Program-made: the position numbers and the translations under genes
Shown here: positions 17,751 to 28,009 of the stretch, piece after piece
Layout of the letters: every line of letters starts with the position of its first letter
How positions within the stretch are numbered: the stretch's first letter is position 1
From: a virus
DNA length: 64,000 bases
IMG/VR virus record: IMGVR_UViG_3300021478_000022
Location: 14,688 to 78,687 of that record
Strand: one strand, 5' to 3'
Notes under the pieces: generated by a model
What the model was told of the DNA's origin: nothing
The model's database searches: none
Seen by the model: the letters and a program-made list of their open reading frames with translations, nothing else

Positions 17751-18071
17751 TCACTTCTTCTTCGCCGGCGTCGCTGGCGGCGTCAGGGTAGCCGTCACCT
17801 CGGCTTGCGTGTCGGTGATGGTTTTGTCGAGCGCGTCGATCTGCGCCTGAGTCACCTGTCCGGTTTGCAGGGCCGCGACCTGAGCCTGAAGCGCGGTGAA
17901 GCCGGCAATAAGTTGCTCGACCGCCGTCTTGAGGGTCGCCTCGTCCGCCGTGATCTTGCTGATGTCAACCGCCATTGCTTTCTCCTGTGTTGAGAGTTGC
18001 CGGACGGTCGCCTCCAGTTCGTGGACGCGCCGTTCGATGTTTTCCATCCAGAATGGGTCACTGATGGGCAT
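17751..18071 (-). CDS. coiled-coil hypothetical protein
   Basis: Heptad pattern; second in-frame start with an AGGAG RBS at 17975. Confidence 0.6.
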   Translation of the reverse strand: MPISDPFWMENIERRVHELEATVRQLSTQEKAMAVDISKITADEATLKTAVEQLIAGFTALQAQVAALQTGQVTQAQIDALDKTITDTQAEVTATLTPPATPAKKK

Positions 18072-18074
18072 GGG

Positions 18075-19163
18075 TCACTTCGTTTCCACTGCCGGTGCTC
18101 TGAGTGATTCCGCAGGGACCGAGACGATTTGCCACAGGGACAAATTCTGTGGGCTCATCGGCGTGCCCGGTACACCCTTCACGTCGTTGGCGTCCACCTT
18201 GCCATCAGCTGTCAGGCGCTGCTTGCGCGGCATACGGAAGTTGTCAGCCGCACTTGGATCAATTCGCGGATATACGCGGCGTTCTCGCTCCGCTTGGCTC
18301 ATAGCCGGGTAATCGTCCAAGTCGAATCCGCCAGCCACGGTAGCCCCTGCCGGTAAAGCTGCCCGCAGATGACATGCCGTGCATCCATCCGCTCGCGCCG
18401 CCGCCACCCACGCCTTGAGGATATCCTGCTTCGTTGCTGTGGTCGCGCCGCTAGTGTTGATCTGCGGGTACTGGCCGATAGAGCCACTGTAGGTGATTCC
18501 CGTAGTCGTGACTACACCGGGGTTGTTGAGCGCGTTCAGGAACGCCACCGCCGCCTGTCCCTTGGCCTGAATCTTTGCCACCTCCACCGCACCCGATGTG
18601 GCGAGGGTGATGTTGCTGCTGAACAGGCTGTGGCGCTTGCTGGCGAAGTTATCCGCCCGCTCCACCGACTGCGCCTCCAGCAGCCCCAGCTCGCGGAGGT
18701 TGAAGGCATCCCCGAAGATGCTCGCTTGAGCGTTCACCGTGGAGGCCGACACCGGGGTCACGGTGCGGTAGTAGTTGGCGCTGTAGGGACCGTAGGGGCC
18801 GACCTGCCCCATCGGTGAGTACGCGAATAGTTCTTCCTTGGTCAGCGTCAGACCCGCCGCCCTCAGGAGAGTGGCCTTGCCCTCGTAAGTCGCTTTGATC
18901 TTGAGAGCGGCCCCGATGTTGTCCTCAAGGCTTGGTGCAGCCGGCGCTACGTATGCCGTCGGTGCGTAATAGGGAACGTAATCGTAGTAGCCCGGATAGT
19001 AAATCCCACACGACCAGTACCCGGCATGGTACGACCCCAGCGTGTACGGCTGAGCGTTGTAGGCATACGAGTTATAGTAGTAGCCGTCGCTGTGACGGTA
19101 CCAAGCCGACGCTGCGGTTGCGAACGCCAGCACGAGCACGATTGCCGCAAAGAGTCGGGTCAT
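18075..19163 (-). CDS. secreted protein with C-terminal c-type heme motif
   Basis: Signal peptide, Tyr-rich N-terminus, CTACH followed by RMP. Confidence 0.65.
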   Translation of the reverse strand: MTRLFAAIVLVLAFATAASAWYRHSDGYYYNSYAYNAQPYTLGSYHAGYWSCGIYYPGYYDYVPYYAPTAYVAPAAPSLEDNIGAALKIKATYEGKATLLRAAGLTLTKEELFAYSPMGQVGPYGPYSANYYRTVTPVSASTVNAQASIFGDAFNLRELGLLEAQSVERADNFASKRHSLFSSNITLATSGAVEVAKIQAKGQAAVAFLNALNNPGVVTTTGITYSGSIGQYPQINTSGATTATKQDILKAWVAAARADGCTACHLRAALPAGATVAGGFDLDDYPAMSQAERERRVYPRIDPSAADNFRMPRKQRLTADGKVDANDVKGVPGTPMSPQNLSLWQIVSVPAESLRAPAVETK

Positions 19164-19177
19164 TGAGCAGTCTCCCT

Positions 19178-19504
19178 TCATTTGTCTGCGTGCATTGTTA
19201 CTTTACCGTCGTCGATGTTGAAATGGCTCCTGCAACCGCCAGTGCACTTCACAGACGGACTAAGCGTCGGCCCGTTTGGACCCTTGGAGTAGTTCCACAA
19301 GTGACGCTCCGGCGAACGCTTCCTAGTCTCCGTCTCAAAGTACGTCGGGTGTGGTGATCCACAGCCGCATGGGCACAGGTACTCGCACATCTCTGGAATG
19401 CCGTTCACAAATAGAACGTGCATAACCCCCGGCTCCAAGTGCGGAGGTTGCCAGCAGCCTTCTGCATCAGCGTCGAATCGGACTTCTCTGTACGTGTCGA
19501 TCAT
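19178..19504 (-). CDS. DUF6527-like protein
   Basis: CPCGCG...W...PTLSPS...C.SHF.I..G. Confidence 0.65.
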   Translation of the reverse strand: MIDTYREVRFDADAEGCWQPPHLEPGVMHVLFVNGIPEMCEYLCPCGCGSPHPTYFETETRKRSPERHLWNYSKGPNGPTLSPSVKCTGGCRSHFNIDDGKVTMHADK

Positions 19505-21456
19505 CCGGCCTTCCTCTTGAGTGCCGCGAACCTTGTAGCCATGAACGAGTACCACAAATCATAGTCCGATCTCACCAGCGCCTTCCCCGACAACAGCAGA
19601 CCGCCCCGAGCGTCCTCAATCCGCAGCGTCGGGTCGCCCTGCCTGAGCGGATACACCCAGATGGTCCCCGCCTGGACCGCGTGTTCGTCGAGCGCCAGCA
19701 CCTCTCCCAGCTTCTTCCCCGCCGCCTTGGGGTCTTTGCCCTGCCACGCCACTCCGAGGTCGTGCAGGGCATCCACGGCGGTCAGGGTCGTGTAGAACTC
19801 CGACGCGAAGATACCGGACACCTCACCCGACGCCAGCCGCACGATGTCGGTCTGGTCCTTCGAGCCCGGCCAAGGTCCGGTAGCCCGCAGGATGGCCCTG
19901 GCGTAGTCCTCGCGGGCACGGGGCAGGGCGGTGACTTCGGGGTCGCCCGCGTACAGTCCGACGATGCGGGTGATGGCCTCCTGCCGATTGTACTCCCGTC
20001 CGTGGTACTTTACCGTATTTTTCCGAGCGCCGATGTCGTCGATGATGTCTAGTTGCTTGCGGAGGTCGGTGACGTCGTTGTGGACGATGCGCCATCCGGC
20101 TTCGTTGGCGTGACACCGAATACACCCAATGGCAGGTTCGAGCACGGTTCCAAACGGGGACGGAATCGTAGTGTCTACAGCGACGTCGTCGGTCGCCTGA
20201 TCGAGAAGTGCACCGTCACCGTTCCAGAGAGCGAATTCGTTAAGCCCGTTAGTAAGTTCACGGATTGACTCCTTCGCGTCGAACCTGACCACGCTGGCCG
20301 GGTCGAGATTCATCAGGGGGTGCGTGTCGATGTCGATGCTGTCCCGCTTGAGGTCTTGGGTGATGCTGAGGAAGCTGGTGTTGGTGTTGATGTGTCCTGA
20401 GAGAGTGCGGAGGAAATCAACACGCCGAGGACGACCAGTAATAGCAGACTGAGACAGAGCCACCCTAGCGTCAGACTGCTGTTGGTTAAACACATCTCTC
20501 GCACGCACTCCGCGATCAGCGTCACCAACACCAAGCAGTGAAAAATAGTTGTCTTCATCGGTTCCTTTCTTGAATCCCTTGCGGATGCCCCGGAACCTGT
20601 AGTACAGGCCCCCGTAGATGGTCCGGTACGCACCCTTGTCTTGCACCTGCCTGAGCGCACGGCCGACAAAGTAGGGCAACGACACCACCGGGGCTTGCGA
20701 TTGTGTTCCGTCCACCAGCGACTCGACCAGCCGGAAGTCCAAGTGCGGCGACACCTGACGAATGACGTCGGTATCGTCGAGGGCGTCGACTTCGACGGTC
20801 TCCTTGACTTCCTTCTTTTCCCATCGGCTGTAGTACGTCTTGCCATCGGTGTGGACCCATCCGTTTGGTACGGGAACCTTCACGTCCTCGAACCTTGACC
20901 GCGTGACCTTCTTCTTGGGGATCTGGATGCCCACGGCAAACTCGATTGTACCCTTGGTGAGCAGCAAGGAAAAGCGCGGGTCGTATTGTAACTCCTCCCA
21001 CGTCTGCACCAGCTCCTCGAGATGTTGCTCGGTGTCGGCGAGCTGCTGGAGGTCCACCCGCAGGACCATCAGCGGTCCCTTGCCAAGCGGGACGGGTCGG
21101 TAGATGATCGGGGCTCGGCTGATGAGGTTCAGGGTGTAGGATGCGGCGCGGGCGTGGTTGACGGACCCTGACGGTATCCACAGGTAGCGGGTGTAGTAGG
21201 CGTCGTCGGGGGGAAGGGTGAGGAGATCGGCCGCAGAGAGGCGAAGGGCGTCATTCTCAGTTGCCTGAGCCGCTGCTTCTTGGGGAAGTGGCGGTTGCCG
21301 CCCTCCGCCCTCTCTGGGGCCTACGGGTTGGGCAGACAGCGGAGCCGGCTCCTGCTCGTACCCGAAGAAAGGCAGCGCCATCATGGGCATCAACAGTGCG
21401 ATGCCGATGAGATTGCGCAAGCCCACGAAACCACGACGCATTTGCCACTCCCCCAA
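19501..21456 (-). CDS. large exported protein with CxxCH heme motif
   Basis: N-terminal hydrophobic segment; GCIRCH. Confidence 0.65.
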   Translation of the reverse strand: MGEWQMRRGFVGLRNLIGIALLMPMMALPFFGYEQEPAPLSAQPVGPREGGGRQPPLPQEAAAQATENDALRLSAADLLTLPPDDAYYTRYLWIPSGSVNHARAASYTLNLISRAPIIYRPVPLGKGPLMVLRVDLQQLADTEQHLEELVQTWEELQYDPRFSLLLTKGTIEFAVGIQIPKKKVTRSRFEDVKVPVPNGWVHTDGKTYYSRWEKKEVKETVEVDALDDTDVIRQVSPHLDFRLVESLVDGTQSQAPVVSLPYFVGRALRQVQDKGAYRTIYGGLYYRFRGIRKGFKKGTDEDNYFSLLGVGDADRGVRARDVFNQQQSDARVALSQSAITGRPRRVDFLRTLSGHINTNTSFLSITQDLKRDSIDIDTHPLMNLDPASVVRFDAKESIRELTNGLNEFALWNGDGALLDQATDDVAVDTTIPSPFGTVLEPAIGCIRCHANEAGWRIVHNDVTDLRKQLDIIDDIGARKNTVKYHGREYNRQEAITRIVGLYAGDPEVTALPRAREDYARAILRATGPWPGSKDQTDIVRLASGEVSGIFASEFYTTLTAVDALHDLGVAWQGKDPKAAGKKLGEVLALDEHAVQAGTIWVYPLRQGDPTLRIEDARGGLLLSGKALVRSDYDLWYSFMATRFAALKRKAG

Positions 21457-21659
21457 GAATCAGGGGGAGCGTACCACGAAATGGGGGCGAATGGAAGAGA
21501 TTGCTACTTGGGCGGCAGACTGCGGCCCAGAGCGTTTGCCATCATGCCCACGATCAATTCGATGAGACCCCAGCCGATGCGGAGGCCCATGCCTGCGAAA
21601 ATCCAGCAGACGAAGCAGATGAACAGACTTTCCAGCGATAGCGAAGTTGGAATCATGGG

Positions 21660-22175
21660 TCACCCCTTCTTGGTCGTGGTCGTAGTCGTGGTCGTCACAC
21701 CACCACCGGCGTCTATTTCCGCCTGCTTGGCCTTGTGCTCGGCCAGTAGCTTCTCGGCCTTCTCGGCAGCCGCTTCGGCAGCGCCGGAGTCCATCCCCAT
21801 CTTCTTTTTCAGGTCGGCGACCTCTCTCAGCGCCACCGCTTCCGCCCCAAGGTGAATCTCAAGCCCGGAGTTCACCAGCTTGTGGATGACGTCCAGCTTG
21901 GCATCGGCCCTATCGGTAGTCTCCTCCAACTGGACCTTGACCATCTTCACTGCCCGAGCGGCTTCGTCGATGTCCTTCTTGGCCTGTGCCTCCGCCGCTG
22001 CCCGTTCGTCGGCAATCCTGTCAGCCCGCCTGCCGTTTTTCCAGCTGATGTAGGACGCAGCCAGTCCAGGGGAGGCGATGATGAGCGCCACCAGGATATT
22101 CGTGGTGGGAACCCCTGCCTGCTCGGGTTCGCCGAGTAGCAGCAGCAATGCGGGTAACAGGATAAACCACTTCAT
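21660..22175 (-). CDS. membrane protein with coiled coil
   Basis: Two N-terminal hydrophobic segments, poly-Thr tail. Confidence 0.6.
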   Translation of the reverse strand: MKWFILLPALLLLLGEPEQAGVPTTNILVALIIASPGLAASYISWKNGRRADRIADERAAAEAQAKKDIDEAARAVKMVKVQLEETTDRADAKLDVIHKLVNSGLEIHLGAEAVALREVADLKKKMGMDSGAAEAAAEKAEKLLAEHKAKQAEIDAGGGVTTTTTTTTKKG

Positions 22176-22195
22176 GACTCACGGTCCCACCTCGG

Positions 22196-22468
22196 TTACT
22201 GATTTCCACCACCTGCCTGCTGATAGCCCTGCCGTGCGTTCAGGAGGGCCTGCCACGCCGTCGTCAGGGCGGAATTGGCATTTGATGCGGCAAGCACGGC
22301 GTTCGCCAGGGCGGTGGCATTGGTATCGGTCGGGTTGGCCGCGTAGGTCATGAGCGCCAGTGCCTCGGCGTTGTTCGCTGCCGTGGCGACACCCAAGGCC
22401 AGCCCGTAGTTGATGATGGCCTCGACGTAGGCGTCGTGAGCGCTCTGCTGGTCCTGCGGCTTTTTCAT
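22196..22468 (-). CDS. Ala-rich hypothetical protein
   Basis: 90 aa, coupled. Confidence 0.55.
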   Translation of the reverse strand: MKKPQDQQSAHDAYVEAIINYGLALGVATAANNAEALALMTYAANPTDTNATALANAVLAASNANSALTTAWQALLNARQGYQQAGGGNQ

Positions 22469-22713
22469 TCATCACCCTTGAGTTGGCGCTTGATCCTGCC
22501 GATCTCGACCGCGATGTCGGCGAGGTCCCGCATTTCCTTGGCACGCATCGCCTCGACCGCCTGTCCCCGCTTGGCGTCCTGCTCGCGGGCCTGCATCAGT
22601 CTATCAGTAGAATCCTGAATGGTGGGAATGGCAACGAAAAAGATGAGGCAGGCGGCAGTCACCTGAATCCCGGTGAGTGCCGCATCGACGATCAGCTTCC
22701 ACCAGTCGCTCAT
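22465..22713 (-). CDS. single-TM membrane protein
   Basis: Hydrophobic helix followed by a charged tail. Confidence 0.55.
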   Translation of the reverse strand: MSDWWKLIVDAALTGIQVTAACLIFFVAIPTIQDSTDRLMQAREQDAKRGQAVEAMRAKEMRDLADIAVEIGRIKRQLKGDE

Positions 22714-22904
22714 GGGTGGGCCGGGATAGGGGGAGGAGCCTTGGTCGTCTCCTTGACCTCGCTGCTGGGGGGTTTGGGCTGAGGGGTTGGCTCGGCGGCT
22801 GCCTCGGCCTTGCGCAGTCGGCGGCGCAGATACCAGCCAAAGGTCACGACCAGGCCGATGGTGGCCAGCATCCCGGCGATCAGTATGGCCCAGGTGAACA
22901 TCAC
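22710..22904 (-). CDS. single-TM membrane protein
   Basis: N-terminal TM, Pro-rich tail. Confidence 0.55.
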   Translation of the reverse strand: MMFTWAILIAGMLATIGLVVTFGWYLRRRLRKAEAAAEPTPQPKPPSSEVKETTKAPPPIPAHP

Positions 22905-23161
22905 CGTTTCTCCTGCTCCTTCATGGCCTTAGCGATGGCGTGGGCTCCTGCGCTCACGAACCCCTTCATCTTCTCTTTGCTGAGCTTGTCTACTTGATCT
23001 TCGAGGTAGGCGTTCCTCTCTCTCTCCTGTGCGAGTTGCGTGCCATGAAATTCATCGACCTTTTGCAGATGGCGTATGAACATCTTGCAAATGGCGATCA
23101 TGCCGCCCAGCGCGACAGCCACCAGCCCCATCGCCGCATGTTCCGTTTCGATGGCGAACAT
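22901..23161 (-). CDS. single-TM membrane protein (holin-like architecture)
   Basis: N-terminal TM, charged coiled tail. Confidence 0.5.
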   Translation of the reverse strand: MFAIETEHAAMGLVAVALGGMIAICKMFIRHLQKVDEFHGTQLAQERERNAYLEDQVDKLSKEKMKGFVSAGAHAIAKAMKEQEKR

Positions 23162-23198
23162 GGTGTGAGTCTACCCTATACCACCTGTGGCGTCCCAT

Positions 23199-23807
23199 TT
23201 ATTCCCGCTGCGTCCAGAACATCACCTCACGCATCAGACCGAGCCCATCCACCGTGGATTCCGCCTGAACCTCCCGGTCAACGATCCGGTGCCCCGCCGC
23301 TGCGACGGCGCGCTCCAGGTGATCCCCGGTGAGGTAGACGTGGTGGAACTCGGTGCCGTTGTCGTGGTCCCTCTCGGCGATCTGCATGTCGAAGCAGCCA
23401 AAGCGCCCGTGGGAGAGCAGCTTGGCAAGGATCTGGTCCCACTCGTGCAGCCCGAAGTTCTTGAGGAAAAAGAAGGCGCAGGAGAGGTCAGGTTCAAAGG
23501 CAAAGCAAGAGATAAGGCGGATGTCATCGTGCCAGAACTGGTGGGCGCGTGTGTCGTTTCTCACCCTTGCCTTTCCCCAGAAATACTCGTTTTTCTCCAC
23601 TCCCACATAGCGCACGTGACATGGCATCCCCTTGGCCACCAGCCCCACCCCACACCCGAACTCCACGACACTCTCGACCTTCTCTCGCTCCATCCGGGGC
23701 AAGAGGAACCGCAGGTGCACCTTGGCGGACTGGTTGAGCAGCCACGTCACCTCCTCGGCCATGGCGCGCTCCTTCGTGTACCAACAGCTACTGTCCGGTA
23801 GAGGCAT
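23199..23807 (-). CDS. class I SAM-dependent methyltransferase
   Basis: VVEFGCGVG, YVGVE, DDI. Confidence 0.8.
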   Translation of the reverse strand: MPLPDSSCWYTKERAMAEEVTWLLNQSAKVHLRFLLPRMEREKVESVVEFGCGVGLVAKGMPCHVRYVGVEKNEYFWGKARVRNDTRAHQFWHDDIRLISCFAFEPDLSCAFFFLKNFGLHEWDQILAKLLSHGRFGCFDMQIAERDHDNGTEFHHVYLTGDHLERAVAAAGHRIVDREVQAESTVDGLGLMREVMFWTQRE

Positions 23808-23965
23808 GTTGAATCGTCCTCCAGCACAAATGAAGCGGCAGCATGGGAAGAAGGCAAACCCACACATCCCAGCGATGCCACCAGTTTTCGTCTGGCGAAA
23901 AGTGCGGTCTGCCCTCGATGGTCATTTTCCAGAAGACGCCGACCCAGCAATCTTGCGGCTTAAAC

Positions 23966-24145
23966 TCAAGGCGAACCGTCACGGTGCCTCCTTGCCACTC
24001 GGCGTTTGACTTCTTCCATCGCCACATGCAAGTCTCGCCAGTCCTCTTCGGCCCAATCCTTGGCATCGCGTGGCAATCCCTCGTCCGTCCAGCGCTTGGC
24101 GTACTCACGCTTTGTTTTCTTTCGCTTCATTCCGTTCTCTGGCAT
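23966..24145 (-). CDS. hypothetical protein, paralog of 8965-9210
   Basis: EGLPRDAKDWAEEDWRDLH. Confidence 0.6.
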   Translation of the reverse strand: MPENGMKRKKTKREYAKRWTDEGLPRDAKDWAEEDWRDLHVAMEEVKRRVARRHRDGSP

Positions 24146-24283
24146 GGGACCTCTCCTCGCAGGCTTCCACGTTCTCCACGGCCTCCCTGAGCAGGCACAG
24201 GCCACACCGCTCGTGAGGGGACCAGCACCAGCACCGCTGCTCAGCAAGGACGCGCTTGGCCGATTCGAGAAGCGCGGAGGCCA

Positions 24284-24640
24284 TCAGGCGGTAGTTGGGA
24301 CGGGACATGGTTGTTCCTCCAGCCACAGGATTTTCTTGCCTTTGTTCAGCGCGTGAGCTAGTTCGCTGCGTGTCGATTCGCCCACGTACCCGCCGACGTT
24401 CAGAATCAGCACTTCGTCGGCCAGGTCGATTTTGTCCTTGTGCAAGGCATCCAGAGCGATCTTTTGCTCAAGAGTGCAGCCGAATGCCTCGCCGTGGGTT
24501 TCTCCAGCAGCGTGCGGGTAAAAGCCAACGGACAGCACGATCTTGCCAGCCATCGTCTGGCGATAGTTCGCTTCTTGGAATGCCTTCCAGAAGCGAGTCG
24601 AGCCACAGAGACAGACAATCGTTCGTTTCACTTCAGCCAC
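24284..24640 (-). CDS. nucleoside deoxyribosyltransferase-like (DUF4406-like) protein
   Basis: VCLCGSTRF...KIDLADEV...GYVGESTRSE. Confidence 0.65.
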   Translation of the reverse strand: MAEVKRTIVCLCGSTRFWKAFQEANYRQTMAGKIVLSVGFYPHAAGETHGEAFGCTLEQKIALDALHKDKIDLADEVLILNVGGYVGESTRSELAHALNKGKKILWLEEQPCPVPTTA

Positions 24641-26506
24641 CTCTCAATCCAGGTAAATATTTCGCTCACATTCTCCCTGCCGTATACGCAGCCTTTGTAG
24701 CGGTCCTGATAGGCCGGATTCGTCCACGAGTCCTTCATCGCCTCGGAGAAGCTGACCAGCCGTTCCTTGTGGGCACTATTTCCAGCTGGCCTCCACCAGG
24801 TCACAACGGGGACGCCCATGTAATGGGCCATGATTCCTAATCCGCATTGGTAACTCACCACCACCTTGGCCTTCTTCAGGAACGCCAGCGTCTCCCCTAT
24901 CTCCATCTTTCCAATCAAGTCCATCCAGACCATCCCCGCCTCCGCCACCCCCTGTTTGACCCACTTGTCCCAGAACGACCTGTCGTAAGGTGCCCCCACC
25001 ACGGCGATGTTCAGCCCCCGCTCCGTGAGACGCTGGCCCAGCTCGACCCAGTGCTTGGGCTCCCACAGCCACCCCATGTTGTGCCCTTCCTCCGTGTGCC
25101 CCGACTCCGGGCCCAGGTAGAAGGCCGCGAACGGCGCCGCCGCATCCCCGACGTCCGAACCACGCTCGGTCCCGGTCCAGTCGAACTCGTCAATGACCGC
25201 CCAGTCGACGGGATGCTCCGGCAACCACGTCTCCAGTCGCTCTCCACGCTCCAGGACCGTGTTAGGGATCAAGAAGTGATAGCCACCCCTCTCCCCGTCC
25301 GGGACGTAGCGGTAGCGGCCTTTCTCGTCGTTCTTCGGCCCCGTCTCCAGGATCGGCACGTCGAGCAGGTTAACGCTCTTGATGAACGGGAATCGGGACA
25401 GGAAGGGCACGCTCCTCCGGTCCACTTCCTTGTTGGCGTCCCCGTTGAGCAGGACGTTGATGGGTTTGTCCCCGGCGATGGACTTGATCTTCATGAGGGC
25501 CCACATGCAGTCACCGATACCCTGCGGGAGAACGAAAGGAACCACGGAAGGACCCTCGGGGGGAGTGAAGTGCAAGACCTCGCACAGCCACCGTCTGACC
25601 TCACCCGGCAGCCCCCACTCCCCATCGTAGGTGCGGTACTGGTAGTGCCGGACGAAGTATTCCGCCACCCCACCATGATCGGCCGGGGAGAGGCTTCTCC
25701 AGTCCTTGGGGATGAGATGGAGGGTGTTCTCGGCAGGGTCGTGAAACTGGATGGGGTGGTGCCCGACCCAGCAGATGAGGGAAGGGGTGTTGGTCGCCGA
25801 CGCCACCTTGCCGGGGCCGGAGTCGATACCCACGAACGCCTCGGCGCAGTGGATGAGCGCCGCGATCATCTCCGCGTCCCCGGTCCCGAACCCGCCCCAG
25901 ATGTCGTCACTGGCAGGTCGGGGGCAGAAGATGGTCTTCTGGTCGGGCAGGGGGGAGCGGTTGTCCCAGTCGAGGATGACGGGGATGCGACCGGAGGCGC
26001 GGATCAGGTCGGTTATTGATTGCATCTGGAAGTGGTGTAAGTTCTTACGCCAATTCGAGGTATTGCCCTCATAATGGCAAATCACGACGGCTGCCTTCTC
26101 TCCGTTGATCGAGGCGCCGATGGACTGGTAGTAGTCCATCGCCTTCTGACGCGCGACGGCACCAATGCGGATTTCGTAGCGCCCAAGGTCGAGGTCGTAG
26201 TTCAGGCCGAAGTTCTCCGCTAGGCAGTTGGTGATCTTGCTGTTGGGACGGTCGGTGTACTTGCAGTAGTTCTCGTAAAATCCGGCATGATGCACGGAGT
26301 CGTAATCCGACTCATTTAGCTCCGGCTCCTGATCGTGCGAGACGCGATGGCACAGACCGATCAGCGCCGTGTGCTTGCCACGGCCGACCCTGATGGTGAC
26401 TTGCCAGTCGGGACGGTGACGGGCAAGGTGCTTGAGAACGACGCCCATTTGCACAACGTCGCCTTCAGCCCAAGCCGTGGCTGAACCGGATTAGCAGTTT
26501 GACCAT
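24628..26506 (-). pseudogene. tandem double GT9 (heptosyltransferase-like) glycosyltransferase, interrupted by a 7-nt insertion after codon 13
   Basis: AGGAGG RBS and ATG at 26506; HGLG[TGAAGGC]D; FVGIDSGP; second domain QGIGD...SYQCGL. The track ORF 24628-26454 lacks the first GD motif. Confidence 0.7.
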
Positions 26507-26514
26507 GACTTGGA

Positions 26515-26703
26515 TTAACCTCCTTTCGTCGCGTAATCGATGATTTCTTGCACCCTTGCCTCAGGCAACGGTGGCTGCTCAGGAATGGAGTCCCATGCAC
26601 ACTGCGCACAGACGAAGATGCCGTTCCAGTCCGGTATCGGCTCTGGCGCCAAGATGGCGCTCACCACTGTATCCATTGCTCGTTGGCAGCGAGGGCAGTT
26701 CAT
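26515..26703 (-). CDS. small Zn-ribbon protein
   Basis: CPRC...CAQC, AGGAGG upstream. Confidence 0.55.
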   Translation of the reverse strand: MNCPRCQRAMDTVVSAILAPEPIPDWNGIFVCAQCAWDSIPEQPPLPEARVQEIIDYATKGG

Positions 26704-26848
26704 TCCTGCACCTCCTGCTTGAGCGCCTCGATCACCTGATCGAACGCCTCTTGGAGTGGTTCGGCCTGTTCGGCATCGTCAAGGTGGATGCCCAGTTCCA
26801 AGGCCAGTCCGACCTTCTCGATCAGGTTCTCCATCGCTTCGCTTGTGG

Positions 26849-28009
26849 TCATCGCTTCACCTCCTCCAGAATCGGCAGTGGAAACGTCAGCGTCCCGCCC
26901 CCGTCCAAGAACGCCTTCTCGCGCTGGATCAACTCATCGCGGAACGCCCACGGACCTACAAGGTACACGTCGGGCTTCGCTGCCCGCGAGGACTCCTCCG
27001 AGACAATCGGGATGCGTGACCCCGGTGTCATGTGCATGATCTTCCGTGGGTCACGGTCGGATGCTGCCATGATGTGGTCTTGGTCGATTCCGCAATACTG
27101 GAGCACCGTGTTCATCTTCGTGGAGGCGCCCAGAAGGTGCACGATCTTGTTCTTGTGCCAGCACTCGTCCAGATAGGCCACCAGCCGCTCCCGGCACGTC
27201 CTGACCACCTCCGGGAAGGCCAGAGGGTACGGGATGGGGTACGGCGTGGGCTGCAAAACCTTGGGCGGCTCCAGCCCAGCGTACAACCGGATCGACCCAC
27301 CGTTGCACTGGTTGTAGCTGACCTTGTGCGTGTGCATCCCGGCCTTGCGTACCACGTAATCCAAGGTGTACGCCGAGAAGTAGGACAGGTGCTCATGGCA
27401 AACCGAGTCCCACGCGCCGTTGTACAGGGCGCGCAGGTCGGCAACCTCGACGCACCACAGACCACCCGGCGCCAGGTTGTCGCTGACGGCCTTGGCAAAG
27501 CCCACGGGGTCGGGGGTGTCGTAGAAGCAGGCGATGGTGAAGATAAGGTCGAACTTCTCACGAGCAAGAAGATGAGTCGGGTAAAAGGCTTTGATGCGGA
27601 CATGGGTCACCGGCAAAAGCACATCGCTAGGATCAACCCCTACTAAGTTCTGGTCGTAGGTCTGCGGTCCCCAGGAAAAGAAATTGAGCAGCGTGCCATC
27701 GTTGCAGCCGATGTCCAGGACTCGTTTCGGCCATTCTCCCAGAAGAGTCCTTGCTTCTCTTGCGATTCCTTCCAAGTGTTCTCGCATCGTCTGCGTCACC
27801 CCGCTCCTGTACCAGTAGTTCCGGTACATCAACTCCGGGTCCACCGCATCGCGGAGCTGCACCAGTCCGCACCCCAGATGGCACCGCGACAGCACCAGCG
27901 GGAACCGGGGTGGGTCGGGTTCGCCGATCTTGGGAAACTGACCGCCGAGGCACTGCTCCCCGAAGTCGAGGATGGTTTCCAGGGGTCCACCGCAGACGCG
28001 ACAGGTCAT
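26849..28009 (-). CDS. NDP-sugar C-methyltransferase (TylCIII/TcaB9-like)
   Basis: N-terminal Zn site CRVCG...CGLVQL, LDIGCNDG, HEHLSYFS, GGSIR, GASTK, PGSRIPI. Confidence 0.88.
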   Translation of the reverse strand: MTCRVCGGPLETILDFGEQCLGGQFPKIGEPDPPRFPLVLSRCHLGCGLVQLRDAVDPELMYRNYWYRSGVTQTMREHLEGIAREARTLLGEWPKRVLDIGCNDGTLLNFFSWGPQTYDQNLVGVDPSDVLLPVTHVRIKAFYPTHLLAREKFDLIFTIACFYDTPDPVGFAKAVSDNLAPGGLWCVEVADLRALYNGAWDSVCHEHLSYFSAYTLDYVVRKAGMHTHKVSYNQCNGGSIRLYAGLEPPKVLQPTPYPIPYPLAFPEVVRTCRERLVAYLDECWHKNKIVHLLGASTKMNTVLQYCGIDQDHIMAASDRDPRKIMHMTPGSRIPIVSEESSRAAKPDVYLVGPWAFRDELIQREKAFLDGGGTLTFPLPILEEVKR

